A stretch of DNA of 64,000 nucleotides, taken from NCBI RefSeq assembly GCF_009914755.1, contig NC_060932.1. One strand, 5' to 3'. The DNA is from the human T2T-CHM13v2.0 reference genome, Homo sapiens. A program made the translations under genes and the position numbers. The notes under the pieces are model-generated. The model did not search any database, was not told where the DNA came from, and saw only the letters and a list, made by a program, of their open reading frames with translations. Position 1 is the first letter of the stretch, and every line of letters begins with the position of its first letter. Positions 1 through 13,840 of the stretch are shown here, piece by piece.

Positions 1-204
1 TGTTAAGTAATCTTCCGCCTCCAAAGAAAAGATTATCTCAAAATTGTCCTATTTTAGACTAATCCACTCATTCAATGTGACCTACCTTGATTCTTCAACA
101 AAGCAAGATAATTGATGCCAAAGTAAGGCAATGGACCCACAGAAAGTATCCTATCTCATGAGTAATCCTATCCATCCAGAGCACACTGATTGGTTTAGTT
201 ATTA

Positions 205-400
205 ATTAATTCAACAAATGTTTAATGAGCTCTTTCTGTAGGGAGGGCCCTGAGTATTGGAATAGTCACAGTGAATAAGACCGACTGGCTCCCTACCCTT
301 AAGGTGCTTGCATTCCAGTACACATGTGCCTGTTGCGGCACAGGGTGGAGACATTAAACAAGCAGACAATATAGGGCATTGCTCAGAAAGTGACATGCAC
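205..400 (-). mobile_element. L2 LINE 3' relic
   Basis: ttaattcaacaaatgtttaatgagc...cacagtgaataagac resembles the reverse complement of the L2 3' end; heavily diverged. Confidence 0.55.
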
Positions 401-894
401 TAGAGGACAGGAGCCCGTCCCCTTTCACACAGAGCCACTCACCATCTGGCACCTGCCTACTTCCTGACCTAATCTTAGCTGACTTGTTCTGCACAGTTCA
501 CATGCAAGCCACAGAGAAGTACTGTTTAATTCGCTGAACATGCCATGTTCTCTCCTGCCTCTGTTCTTTGCACATGTGGTTTCCTCCACGTGGAAACCTT
601 TCTGGAAAACTCCCTACATCCTTTAAACCTCATGCTGGGTAAGACCTCCTTTTCAAAGTGCTCCTGACACCTCAGGCATGCCTCCCTTAAACACCAGCTG
701 TGCTTTGTAGCAGCTTCCACTGATATCAACAGCATCAGGACCATAAACATCGTGATGATGGCTTATTCCACGCCAGGCACTGGGCTGATCAGCTTACAAA
801 TATTTAAAAGAACCCTTATATTTATATGCAATTGTTTGCATAATAAGTCTTTCTAGTAAAACCATAAGGTCCTCAAAGTTGAATGACTACTTTA

Positions 895-1135
895 CAAACT
901 CTGGACTCCGGAGCCAGACTATACAGTTCACATCCCAGCTCTGTCACCTGCCAACTATGTAAGCTTGGGAAAATTTCCTTACCCTTTTGATACCTTCACT
1001 TTTCCATGTGAAAAATGAGGATGCATAGCCATTCTTACCTCAGAGAATTGTTATAAGGTTATGAGGATTAAATGACTTAATACACACAAAGGGCTTGGAA
1101 GAGTGTTTAGTACATAGAAAGTACTCATTACTGTC
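895..1135 (+). mobile_element. MIR SINE
   Basis: ggagccagact...cccagctctgtcac...gaggattaaatga...tacatagaaagtactca follows the MIR consensus order. Confidence 0.7.
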
Positions 1136-1244
1136 AGAAAAAATAAAAACTCAGGGACATGCAATTAGCACAACTGTCTGGCTACAAAACATGGAATTGT
1201 GAGCAAATGAACAACAAATAGAATCTCCACAACATAGTTTCTCA

Positions 1245-1580
<336 letters not shown>

Positions 1581-1700
1581 TAACCAATCTTTATTACAGA
1601 TCAAGTAGCAGAGGCCAGAGAGTATCAGTCACTTGCCTAAGGTTACAAGACCAAAGAGTCACAGATGAGGGTCAGGAACCCTGCACTCTATCCTGTAAAA

Positions 1701-1921
1701 TGGAGGTAGGCAAGATTTTTCCTTAAAAAGCCAGAGAAAAAATGCTGAGGGCTTTGTGGACCTTAGAGTCTCTGTCATAACTTCATTTTGCCATCGTTGC
1801 ACAAAGAGGTCACAGGCTGTATACAAATACACCAGTCTGGCAGCATTCCAACAACACTTCATTCACAAAAACAGGCAGAAGGCCAGGGTGGACCCACGGG
1901 CTGTAGTCTGCCAACTCCAGC
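1701..1921. mobile_element. MER58A-like hAT-Charlie DNA element
   Basis: ggctttgtggacc...cacaaaaacaggcagaaggccagggtggacccacgggctgtagtctgccaactcc resembles the MER58 body and terminus. Confidence 0.7.
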
Positions 1922-1929
1922 TTTAAAAC

Positions 1930-2180
1930 AATAACAACAACTAGCAATTATTGATTACTTACCACGTGTTGAACCTGGCTCTAAATGTGTAAAGTATGCT
2001 CATTAGGGAGCAATTCTATGAAGTAGGCATACTATTACGCCTACCTTATAAGAAAGAAAATTGTGGCATGGAGAACTGAAGTGACTTGCCCACAGTCACA
2101 CAGTAGCAATTGGCAGTGCTGAGATTTGAATCGAGGGTGTCTAGCTCTACAGCCTCAACTTCCAATCACTTTACCATGCT
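1930..2180 (-). mobile_element. MIR SINE
   Basis: aagtgacttgcccacagtcacacag...ggcagtgctgagatttgaa core in antisense. Confidence 0.65.
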
Positions 2181-2290
2181 TTTTTCTTGCATCCTGGATG
2201 CTGCCTCTAAACATATGCAAATGTTCATGTCTGAAACCTGTTTGTACAACGACAAAAATTTTCGAAGTCATGTTTCTAAAAACATCTTTT

Positions 2291-2602
2291 GGCTGAGCAT
2301 GGTGGCTCACACCTGTAATTCCTGAACTTTGGGAGTATGAGGTGGGAGAATTGCTTGAGGCCAGGAGTTAGTGACTAGCCTGAGCAATACAGCATGACCT
2401 CATTTCTACAAAAATAAAAATTAAAAAATTATCCAGGCATGGTGGTGCACACCTGTAGCCCTACCTGCTCAGGAGGCTGAAGCAGGAGGATCACTTGAGC
2501 TCAGTAAGTTGAGGCTGCAGTGAGCTATGATCATGCCACTGCACTCCAGCCTGTGCAAAAGAACGAGACTTTGTGTCAAAAAAAAAAGAGAAAAAACAAA
2601 AA
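2291..2602 (+). mobile_element. AluJ, full length
   Basis: Dimeric Alu with J-type diagnostics (ttgcttgaggccaggagtt, gaggctgcagtgagctatgatc) and A-rich tail. Confidence 0.93.
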
Positions 2603-2939
2603 ACGTTTAATCTGCAGTGTTTTCTTTTCATCATCTCATAAACTGATAAAATATCAGTGTTTGTGTTTTCATAAAGAAAAAAGATAAGCCAGGGTAAAAA
2701 GAGGCTGGAACTACCGAGATCTTGCTCATTTGACATCCAGATATTACAAAGCAGCTGGCCCACACTCCTTCAAAGCCTGAAGGTGGCGATGGCTGAATCT
2801 AATAGATGAGGTACATAATAGGTGTTGGTTTTATTACTTCAACTTACTAGATAGCTTCTAGGAGGGACACCTAATGCTTATGATGACAAAATTGAGATTT
2901 TAAGAGTTTCACACAGGCACTAAATAAAAAGATGAAATA

Positions 2940-3800
2940 TAATAGGGATAAAGTAGAAAGTTCTGTCATTGCATATTCAAAATAAAAATCTCTGTAACAT
3001 GTAGGACAGGGAGAACTGTGTTAAAAGCTGTTGATAAGAATACAGATTCTAGGGATTTTCATGGCTATGATTCCCATAAGAAAGTAATAGGATATTAGGC
3101 TCCACTGATAGAAGTATGCCGTTCAGAAAAGGAGAGAGAAGTCCTTCTCTTTGCCTCCTCGATCAGCCTATACCTGAAGTTCTAACAGGTTAGACGATGT
3201 TTAAATGAGGGTAAAGCAAATGATCAGCTTGTTGAAAGGCTCAGGAAATAATTAAACCATACATTAAATGACAGACATTAGCACAAAAGAGTGACGTGCA
3301 TAAACTTTGGAGTCTGACCCTGGGGTCCAATTCCAAGCTCTTCTATTGCCTAGCTCTGTGGTCATGAGCAAATTACTTGGTTTCCCCAAATGCTTGTTCT
3401 TTCACTCACTCATAGAACTGTTGTGAGGATTCACTGAATCAATGTAAGTAAAAATCTACAAGAAACGGGATAGTAAACACTGAAAGGTACACTACAATTA
3501 TTAGAAGTTATTCAACCTAGAAAAACAATGTACAGGACTTAATAACTGGGGATTTGGTTAACTTCACTTTGTGTATGTCTGCAGAATACAGCCATGATCA
3601 GTGAATACAATCAACAGGGGTAAGATTTGGGTTCAATATAAGAAAAGACTGGGAGGTGGTGACTTCCCTATGCTAGTGACGTTTCAAGCAGAAACTGGAT
3701 GAGCTATCTCCCAGTCACATTGCAGAAAATAATTCTACTTTGTGGAAGAGTAGATTGTTTCTAAAATCTCTTCAAGTTGCCATATTCTGTGATTTCTGGA
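2940..3800 (+). mobile_element. L3/CR1 relic interrupted by a MIR (about 3290-3500)
   Basis: agatttgggttcaatataagaaaag...gtgacttccctatgctag...ttcaagcagaaactggatga resembles the CR1/L3 3' end; very diverged. Confidence 0.4.
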
Positions 3801-4014
3801 ATGTGGTTAATTGAGATGCCTAATCCAAAGACTCCAATATAGTGAGATCGATTCACAGATACATTACCAAGCATAAAATTGTGCTGTACATTTCTTCATT
3901 ATTATATGCTTATTAGCTACATATTAGTAGTGTGACAATGAGACAATCTGTTAAGCTATCTGGGTCTTAGAATCCTCATCTGTATAATGCGGAAAACAAT
4001 GTCTTCCTTAGATA

Positions 4015-4270
4015 GGCAATACAATGTAGTGGTTTAAAATATGAGCTCTAGAGTCAGAGCATCTGGGTTGGAATCCCAAATCTTCCATTTACAAGGTGGA
4101 CTTCTTTAAGAAGGTATGTAACCTCTGTGCCTCAGTTTCCTTACCTAATAATAACAGCACCTATCTCTTAGGATTGTTACAAGGATTAAATAATTTCAAA
4201 AAATGTATACAAAGCCCTTAGAACAGCATCTAGCACAAGCTTATCACTCAAATTTAAATATTACTATTAT
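4015..4270 (+). mobile_element. MIR SINE, near full length
   Basis: atgtagtggttta...ctctagagtcaga...ctgggttggaatccc...ctctgtgcctcagtttcct...aggattaaata. Confidence 0.8.
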
Positions 4271-6059
4271 GTCATTGCTGTTATTGTTGCTATGAAATTT
4301 CAGTGAGAAAATGCATTGCAAGGATGTCTCTTTTCGGACTCTCAGAACTGTCAAAATAAAAAGTGCTTGAAAATATCATTTCTTTCATTCATTTCTTGCG
4401 CATAAATTAAGCACTTACTCTGTGCATTGTGTGGGACTAGACATTGCAGGATAGATAATCAACCGGATATACGAGTTACTGCTTCTGAGAATTTTATAAT
4501 CATGCCAGGCAGAAAAGGCATAGAAACCTAAAATACCAAAATTTCTACAGAATATGATTCAATACACACGAAAAGTAGTCTAAAGTTTATTCATCAGATA
4601 TTAATAAGTACTGAGAGGACCTGGATTAATTTGCCAGCAATTTGCCCTCACCACCAAAAATAATAATAATTTCTCTTCCCTGGGAAAATAAAGTAACTAT
4701 TTTAACAGCTATACTCTAACATCTGAAGACAGGAAGTGAGTAACAGGCAGAAAGGATGTCTGAATGCTCAACTCCAAATATTGTTTTTACTCTTTGCTAG
4801 ACAGAAGATCACATGTGAATGAAACTTTACGTCAAAAGCAGGAAGTGTGTCTCTCTCTTGCCCCTTACAGGTATCTCTGGAAGATAAAACTCTATTATTC
4901 CAGGTGTAGCTTCATAATAACATCCTGCAAATCAAACTTGGGGCTCAGTAAATTTGCAGTTATTTTTCAGTGACAGAAGCCCAGAGTCATAAAGCTTTTC
5001 CAAAGGAAACCACATTAAGTAAACTAAATATCATTACCAAGGGTAGAGTCAGGAAAGGAATGACATTTTTCCACCTTACTCCGAATATGCTGCAAATCTA
5101 AAGTACTTGTAGAGGCATCTGAAGGTAAGGTAGATGGTGACGGGTTCTTTGAAACATCAGAGTCTGGCAGACTAGACAATGCTATGGATACCTCCTATTT
5201 TGAAAGTGCTTTATAGCACCTCCTTGCACACAGCCTCATTGCATGCTTATTGTCACCCTCATCTGAAATATGCATAAGTTGCAGGGCCTTTTAGAATCTG
5301 ACTATGCATCTATTTTTTTGAGACTTCCATGACCCAGAGAGTGAAAGCCTAACAACTTTCCCCATCAAATTTTACCTCCTCCCCCAAACATATGTGCACA
5401 CACAAACACATCTTGCTCCGTAGAACTAATGCCTTTAGGACTCAGCTCAATGGGACTTCACTGCGCTTCTGCACTGGATTTTCTTCAAGAGGCCAAACTT
5501 AGCTTGGCCTTGCTTCATACTCTCTCAGGAGAGTAATTCCTAAGAATTACATCAGGATGACAGAGGAAAGGCCTAAGCAAGCTTTAAGGTTCTATCAGAG
5601 TCAGAAGAATAAAACCTCACAAGATTTAAGGCTAAACCTCTAGAAGGTTCACTTGAGGCATACCAGTCAAGATAGTTGGGCCTTTGTTGTTTTTTAAAAA
5701 GGTAGGAAAGGAATGATGGTGAGCATCAGTGAATGGATACAACTCTTTCAATAAATAAACCCATAGAAAAATTTAACAATAAAAAGGTAGGCAAATCGAG
5801 GTTCATAGAGTTTAAATATCTTACTGCAATAGATATTCCAAGCACCAGACCTGGAATTTGATCCCACATCTTATAAATCTAATTTGAAAATCCCTTTCAC
5901 CATAATCACAGATGTAATAATACATCTACTTCAAGTAACATGAAGACATGAGCTAGATTATTGCAGTTAATGAGCAATGAATTGCTACTGATGCTGGGAA
6001 AATCTATGGATATTGGAAAAGGGGACTAAATTAATAAACATACTCTGTGACAATTACAT

Positions 6060-7145
6060 CAGAATTGATGTTATCAAAATATTCCACATGTGCCATAAGA
6101 AAAAATCTAAAGGTCATATAGGAAATCCTAAAAAAACATACAAACTGTCACATTTGATGAAAATAAAAAAATTGACATAAAATTTGTATTATAAACAAAA
6201 GGGGAAATGACATCAGATATAATATATATTAAAATAATAAATAATCTCTAAAACATAAAAGAATACTTTTGACAGTTTTATGGTAATAAGTTTGAAAACC
6301 TGGAGTGCACAAATTCCTAGAAAAAAATAAACTTAACAAAACTGACCTAAGAAAATAGAGAGCATGGTTAGTCTTGTAACTCTTAAAGGAATGGGAAAAT
6401 TCTTTAAAAATAATTTTAAAATTTATTCTTTAATTTTAAAGAAAATTTTTAAAAAGAAAATACTAGAACCAGAGCTTATTAGTGAATTCTACCAAATCGT
6501 TAAAGAACAGCTCATTCAAATCTTAATCAAACTATTCCAGAGACTAGACACAAAAAGAGTCTCCCCAAATTATTCCACGAAGCTAATATAACTTTAATAA
6601 CAAAAGAAGTCATGGAAAATTTTTAAAAGGAAAATTGCCCATCCATTTTCCTAAATATAAACATAAATCCCAAATGCCAAACAAAATGTCAGTAAACCAA
6701 GTCCAACAATATATATAGAAGACAGTAGTACAGCATGACCAAGTTTGGACTGGTGAATAATCCAAGATTGATTCAATATTAGAAAATGTATTATTGGCAT
6801 TCAATATATTAACAGATAAAAGGAGAAAAGTATATGACTACTTAAGTGAGGAAAATACATTTTATATTTTATAAACTTTAATAGACAGTTATAGGAAACA
6901 AAAGAAGCCCTTAGTAAACCAGAAATAGAAGGTAACTTCCTTAACTTCCTAAAGACTATCCACTAGAAATAAAACCAAATTGACATCAAGCATTCTGAAT
7001 AAGGAAATGCTGTAAGCATCTCCTTGAAAATCAGGATGGAATTAACAATACCCTCCCATTACCCCTCTATATAATGTTGCACTGGAAGTCCTAAGCTGTG
7101 CTAAATGACAAGAAGAAGCAATTCAATGTATAAGGATTGGAAGGT
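6060..7145 (+). mobile_element. Old L1M ORF2 fragment
   Basis: A-rich strand with L1 ORF2 landmarks (aaattcctagaaaa, agtgaattctaccaaa, aactattccag, gaaggtaacttccttaac, ctggaagtccta); ORF 6364-6591 contains an EFYQ..KEQLI.IL.KLFQ motif like L1 ORF2. Confidence 0.8.
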
Positions 7146-7197
7146 TAAAAATGTTAAACAAATGAATGCATGAATGAATAAGTGAGAGAGTGAAAAA

Positions 7198-7263
7198 ATG
7201 GAAGGAAGGGAGGAAAGGAAGGAGGGAGGGAGAAAGAGAGGGAGGGAAGGAGGAAGGCAAGAA
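7198..7263 (+). repeat. GA-rich (GGAA/GGAG) low-complexity tract
   Basis: Nearly pure purine run seen directly. Confidence 0.9.
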
Positions 7264-7629
7264 AGTGTAGGATAAAGCACCTAGAACTTGTTATACCTGA
7301 ATTTCCATCATGGCTGGGGTCCTAATTTTCTGAGTAGTTGTTAGCAAATCATTTAATCCTCTAGTGTTCTTAAATTTCCTATTCTATAAAATCAGGGAAA
7401 CTACCTTGGTTAATTAATTCCATTAAAAAGGATAGAAAATATGGGAAGAAATACAGGCTTCTGGGATGAGAGTGAACTATTTCAGTTTTGGAGATGTGAG
7501 GTTTGAGCTGTGGACAGAACATCCATGAAGAGATAAAGGTCAACAGACAGCAGAATTATGAGTCTGAAGCTTTGAGAAATGGTCAGAGGTTCATCTCAGT
7601 TCCAGTGGAAGGAGATGTTTCATGACAAT

Positions 7630-7845
7630 TGTAATGGTTAGCACTTATTGAGCACTAACTAAATGTCCAGGGTTTTACATAGATTACATCTTTTAATTTT
7701 CACAACCACCTTGTGAGATCATACTGTTATCATTAACAGTTTACAGATGAAGACACAGAAGTCAAATAACTTACCTAAGACCCTACAGCCTCAAAGTTGT
7801 GATTCAAGCCTGATTCCAAAGCTTTTCCTCTTTCCCACTGTGTTG
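7630..7845 (-). mobile_element. MIR SINE
   Basis: gcacttattgagcact...tttaattttcacaaccacct...tttacagatgaagacacaga. Confidence 0.7.
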
Positions 7846-8602
7846 GGAAAGTCTGCCTTTTGGAATCAGATCTGATTTAGAATCTTTTCTCCCCAAAGAG
7901 CCTTGAGATCTGGACAACTTGCTACAGTTCTCTAAGCCTGAGATTTCTTCTCTTGAAAAAGAAGAAAATAATACTAAAAGCATGGGGTTGTTGTGTATAT
8001 TTTACCAGATGATATATGTAAAGTGTCTGGTATTTAAAAAAAAAAAGGTATGCCATAAATAGTAGTTCCCTTTACCCTTTCTGCCCAAGGCAAACCTCCC
8101 AGAAGCAAACTAGAGAACAAGGACAGAGGGAGATAGCAGGTATGTAACACCCTAGAGCCATTTTCTTATGTTCCAAGTTATCCATATCCTCACTATCCCC
8201 CCTCCGTTTCCGCAGACAGCCCAGGGGCAAGCAAAAGGGCAAAAGGCAGACATCAAAGCTCAAAAGGGAAATAGATGTTGAACTGAACAGATGACTTAAA
8301 CCCTTCCTCCTATTCTAAAACACTATCTATGTTCCCTGATCTAATCTTGGAGCAGGGAAGAAGGGGGCGGAGGTTGTGGGTGTTGTGAAGGGAAAACTCA
8401 AACTAAACAACAGGAAGCTTATTGGCTTATTTGAGTACCAGTATAGTTGAGCTAAAAGATCACAGACTTTGAGTCAGATCAATCCAGCTTATGTGGCTGA
8501 TAGCTGCACAAATGGCTATGAGGAACATTTCCTGACCTCTCTAAGCCTCACAGGGCCTGTTAACATGTAACGCACAAATTTGCTATTAAATTAGGTAACA
8601 CT

Positions 8603-8999
8603 TGCTGTGGTTAGAATGCGTCCCCTCCAAAATTCATGTTGAAATTTCATCCTCATTATGATAGTATTGAGGTGGAACCTTTTGGGAAGTGATTAGGTCA
8701 CGAGGGTTCTGCCCTCATGAATGGATTAGTGCCTTACCAAAGGGCAGGAGGGAACTAGCTTAGGCCCTTTTTGCCCTTCTGCCTTCTGCCATGTGAGAAC
8801 ACAGCATTCATTCCCTCTGGAGGACAAAGCAAGGTGCTCTCTTGACAGCAGGGAATGAGATCCTCCCCAGACACCAAACCTATTGCTGGCTCAGTCTTGG
8901 ACTTCCCAGCCTCCAGAACCATAAGAAATAAATTTTTTTTTCTTTATAAATTACCCAGGCTCTGGTATTCTGTTACAGCAGTACAAATAGACTAAAACA
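8603..8999 (+). mobile_element. MaLR solo LTR (MSTD/MSTC-like)
   Basis: TG start tgctgtggttagaatg, gccctcatgaatggattagtgcc, ttggacttcccagcctccagaac, AATAAA, ends actaaaaca. Confidence 0.9.
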
Positions 9000-10253
9000 A
9001 TAAAAAATATTAAAGGATATTTAACACACATTCTGAAATGTGTTAAAACGCAACTCTTCCTGGGTACTGATATGAATCTCAAAACAATCACCAGAAAATA
9101 TTTTAGGGCATATTGACCTGCACTTGGAGAAGAATCCAGAACAAAATCTTTTTGGCTTGTGCAAAAACCAAAAACCAAAACAAAACAAAACCCTACTTTT
9201 TGGTGTTGTCTGTGGTAGAACATTGAAACCCAGGTATTCACTGGCAGGAAACAAAACGAGAGTTTTAACAAGCCTGGGACAAGTAGCCTGAAAAAATCTC
9301 AAATCACTTCATGATTCATTTTGTTGTTTAAATGGTGATATGGTTAACTGAATCTAGGTATGAAACTTAAGTTTCCTCCAGGTTGAAAGTGGACTTGAAG
9401 TATTTCAATGTAAATAACACCTTTAAATATTACATAATTTAAAAAATCATTAAAAAAAATCTTTATACACTCTAAATTGTGTTGCCCTAAGGTAAAGTAT
9501 ACTCCACATTTCAAGGCCTCACAGCTCCCTGAGATCAAAGCTCTAGGTTAGCTAAATGGGAAATCCTGGCTGTGTGTTACAGATGAACACTCTTATTATC
9601 CATTGTCCTGGGCCTCCTCGCTTCCCTCCATGCAAGACTGTTTACTGTGTAAACAAACAGTAGCTGTGCAGGCCGTCAGGTGTTTTGCACCAAAGAATTC
9701 AACATATTTCTCCATGAAAAAATACAAGTGTTTTACTTTCTGTCAGAGTCTAAACTCTTCACTCCTTTTTCTTTTCTGTTCAACGGATAATTCATATTTA
9801 AGTATATGACCTCATTAGACAAGCCTACAAGTCATGCAGGATTTCTGATTCAAGCAGGCTCTGAGGACCCTAAAACATAATAAAGTACTTGTAGTCTAAC
9901 ATGCTATCAATTATAACAGGAGCAGAACCCAAAAAACAAACTTTTATCTTTAGAGTAGTATATATTGTTTGTCAATATAAAAAAGAAAACATTCATTTTC
10001 TTTTCTTTTTTAAATCCTTAGTAATATTCAAATATGTTTTAAATGGAAGCTTCTGCTTTAAGAAAGTCCACCCACATTATACACACTATAATATTCTAAT
10101 TACTTCCAAGAAATGCTTCCTTCCAAGTTTGCAATCATTTACAAACATTAAGACATACTTCAGTGAATCACACTGAGAATTCATGGAATTGTAGATTTAT
10201 AAGTGAATTACACTTGGAATAAATTTTCTTTCAGAACTTAGAAATATATGACA

Positions 10254-10557
10254 GGCCCGGCGTGGTGGCTCACGCCTGTAATCCCAGCACTTTGGGAGGA
10301 TAAGCCAGGCGGATCAATGAGGTCAGGAGATCGAGACCATCCTGGCTAACACGGTGAAACCCCATCTCTACTAAAAATATAAAAAAATTAGCCAGGCGTG
10401 GTGGCGGGTGCCTGTAGTCCCGGCTACTCAGGAGGCTGAGGCAGGAGAATGGCATGAACCTGGGAGGCGCAGCTTGCAGTGAGCCGAGATCACACCACTG
10501 CACTCCAGCCCTGGTGACAGTGTGAGACTCCATCTCAAAAAAAAAAAAAAAAAAAGA
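10254..10557 (+). mobile_element. AluY, full length
   Basis: Y diagnostics gagatcgagaccatcctggctaacacgg and gaatggcatgaacc...gcttgcagtgagccgagatc; clean A tail; 14-bp TSD agaaatatatgaca at 10240-10253 and 10558-10571. Confidence 0.97.
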
Positions 10558-11479
10558 AGAAATATATGACATTATTCATATAGTGAATGAGGTACACACC
10601 ATCCTAAATTTTTCAACAATTCCTGTTACCAAACAAGGAGGTCAAGGATAGAAGCACTATTAAGTCCTAATTTTATATGCATTTTTTATATGATGATAAA
10701 TTAATTATGTAGCAACTTAGAAAAGCTCAGTGCAGACGAAAATGTCACATTGTAAGCCACTGTAATAACATGGTAAACTTATTAATACCACAGGGGCTTT
10801 TATTTACCCTTTAACCAAAACTGTGAAGAAGCATCATAGCACTCATTCAGTGATAGTTCATAGGCAACTATGAACTGTCCATGAATGATCAGATTTATGC
10901 CTCACTACAGTTTATTTTCCATATGAAGAAGCTGAATCTCAGGCAGGTAGACTCACCCAACTTCTTATGCTGCACAGTAAGTGGCAGAGCGGGAATCTGA
11001 AGTCAGGCTTTATGATCCAGCCCTAGCATTACCCATTACACATGCCGCACACCTGTGACACCGTCTTCTCCTCGTTACTATTGCCAGTACCCCGTCATGT
11101 GGTTTCAGAGACCCATCTCTATTCCCAGGAAGAAAAGCATCTAAAATGCATTGACTCCATAGTGGAGTAATATAAATATTGTCATTCTTGGAAATTGTTT
11201 TAGAGTGGAAAAACCTGAGCTAAAGAGTTACGATCATCTGGGTTGAGGTTCAGTTCTCTTTCAGCTGCATGAGAATGGACAACTCATTTCATCTTTCTAA
11301 AGTTCAGCCTCCTCATCTATAGATACACCTGATAGAATATTTTTAAAAATTCAGGCATAATCTAAAACTTCACAGAGTGAAGTACTCAGACCTTACATGC
11401 ATCTTTCAGTCTGGATGAACACATATTACATGCATTTCATAGGTTTCATTTTCATCTGTCTAGACATTACCCTCATGCA

Positions 11480-11975
<496 letters not shown>

Positions 11976-13574
11976 TAATAATAATTGGATGTAGGCATTA
12001 AAAGAGATAATGTACATTATTACCTGTAAAGGGCTCTATAAAAATACTCACAATTATTATTTAAAAGAGGAAGCCCAGGAACAAGAGAGTGTTAGAGCCA
12101 GGAAGAGGAATATCTAAGACTGTCATAGGCTAGAGTGTATTTGGAGTAAGGGGTTCATTAATTAGTGTCTGCCATATCACATTCTTTGTATGTTTAAGGT
12201 CATCCCATACCAGAAACATGTAAATTTGGCTTGTTTGGTCAAGCTGAGTTGGATTTAGTCTACCAGACCAGAATTTATTTTTCTGCTCAGCACAGACACC
12301 AAGAGTGCCTTCCACCTGTATTTCTGAAACACTCTCTTTTGCCCACCACAGAGACAGAACCCCTCCTCTGTTAGATTACATTTAAGAAAGCAGTGCGTGC
12401 AAGCCATCCATAATGCTGTCTTCAGAAACAGTCAAAACTTGTGGTGACAATTCCAGCCAGCTGTGAAATTCAGTTTTCCCAAGAGAACTTGAGGCTGGCC
12501 CTCATGAGTAGGATACAAATACTCCATTTCACAGAAGGTGATTTGGCCACAAAAAATAAATCCATACTCCAGAAAGAAATGGAATCATGGAGATATATAA
12601 AGTCCTTTTTTTTTTTTCTGGCAAAAACATTCTTCATTAGAAGCAGGATCTTCAAATCTAGACAGGAAGCAGGCACCATTCCCAAAGATTATTTGCAAGA
12701 ATTACTCTAGAGGATGAGATATAAATATAAATGCTGAGTCCCCAAGCAAAAATCTCAGAAGCCTGTTAATTGAACTAACAGATGGGCTATGGAGACAGTC
12801 TCTTGTCAAGGTGGTAACTTGGGCAAGAATGATACCCTTAAAGGAAATATCAAGATATAGAAAGTTTATTAAAATATCACGGCGGAAGGTTTCAAGTCAC
12901 ATTTAGAGGAAGGTATAGAAGAAAGTCTCCTCAAAGTTGCAGCAAGCCAGTGGGTGTAAGTTTCCATCCTGCTTCCTGCAGAAACAACATCTGTTCTTAC
13001 ATTCAACACAGGCCACCTCTGATATTTATTGCATTTGCTGAATGCTGAAAGGATCTGAAATGTGAAACCTCTTGATCTGTCAGTAGTCTTGGATTTCTGT
13101 GAAAAGACGAGCTACATAATAGCACAAATTGGAGAAATTTCATTTATCTAAAAGACATAAATCTCCATCACAGTCGAATTCCCTTTCAATACACAACTGT
13201 AGAAGTTATAGCCAACCTTTGTCTTGTAACTTCCCCTTATTTTCATTCTCCTCTACATGCACAGCTCCATTTCCTTCAAAAAGATGCATTCCAGGTCATT
13301 CAGTCTTGACTTTAACCCATTCACTTGTCCAAAGCAAATTTAGCCTAAATGAGTGAAAGTCAAAACATGCGTTTTTTGGTCTCATTAAGCTCACAGTATC
13401 CTTGTGAGAGAAGAAGGAAATTTGGTTCATTAGCCTACCTGTGAATGAAGGATAACTTGCTTGTATTTCAGTGGAATTTATATTTTATTTTTATACAATG
13501 CTCAGGTTTCTTGGTTCTCATCAAAAAGTGAGGCTGGTTACTCAACAGAGCCCAGAAAACGATAGCAAATTTTA

Positions 13575-13840
13575 GTTGACATCACATGAGTTGTTTATCT
13601 GGGGAGCATAAATGGTTAAAAACAAAAAAAACAAACTTGGGTTTCATAATTTAAAGGTCTCTTTGAAAGAAGCAATAAATAAAAGAGGATGCCTAGAAGG
13701 TATTATAAACAAACAAAGTGGGTGAAAGGGTGGGAGACTCGATAAAGTTTCTGTGACGATTTCATGTGATGTCAACACTGAGACAGTTACTTAGCACAGA
13801 CCAAAGGGTCCAATTGCCAGAGGTTAAAGTGACAGGCAAT
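13575..13840. promoter_or_regulatory. Candidate enhancer bracketed by a 15-bp inverted repeat
   Basis: GTTGACATCACATGA (13575-13589) and its exact reverse complement (13762-13776); forkhead-, SOX- and GATA-type motifs between them and a MEIS-type motif just downstream; motif evidence only. Confidence 0.35.

Noticed and set aside
10843-10888. SECIS element or intrinsic terminator reading of the hairpin
   Set aside because: No tandem GA quartet on either strand, no downstream U tract, and the DNA is eukaryotic.
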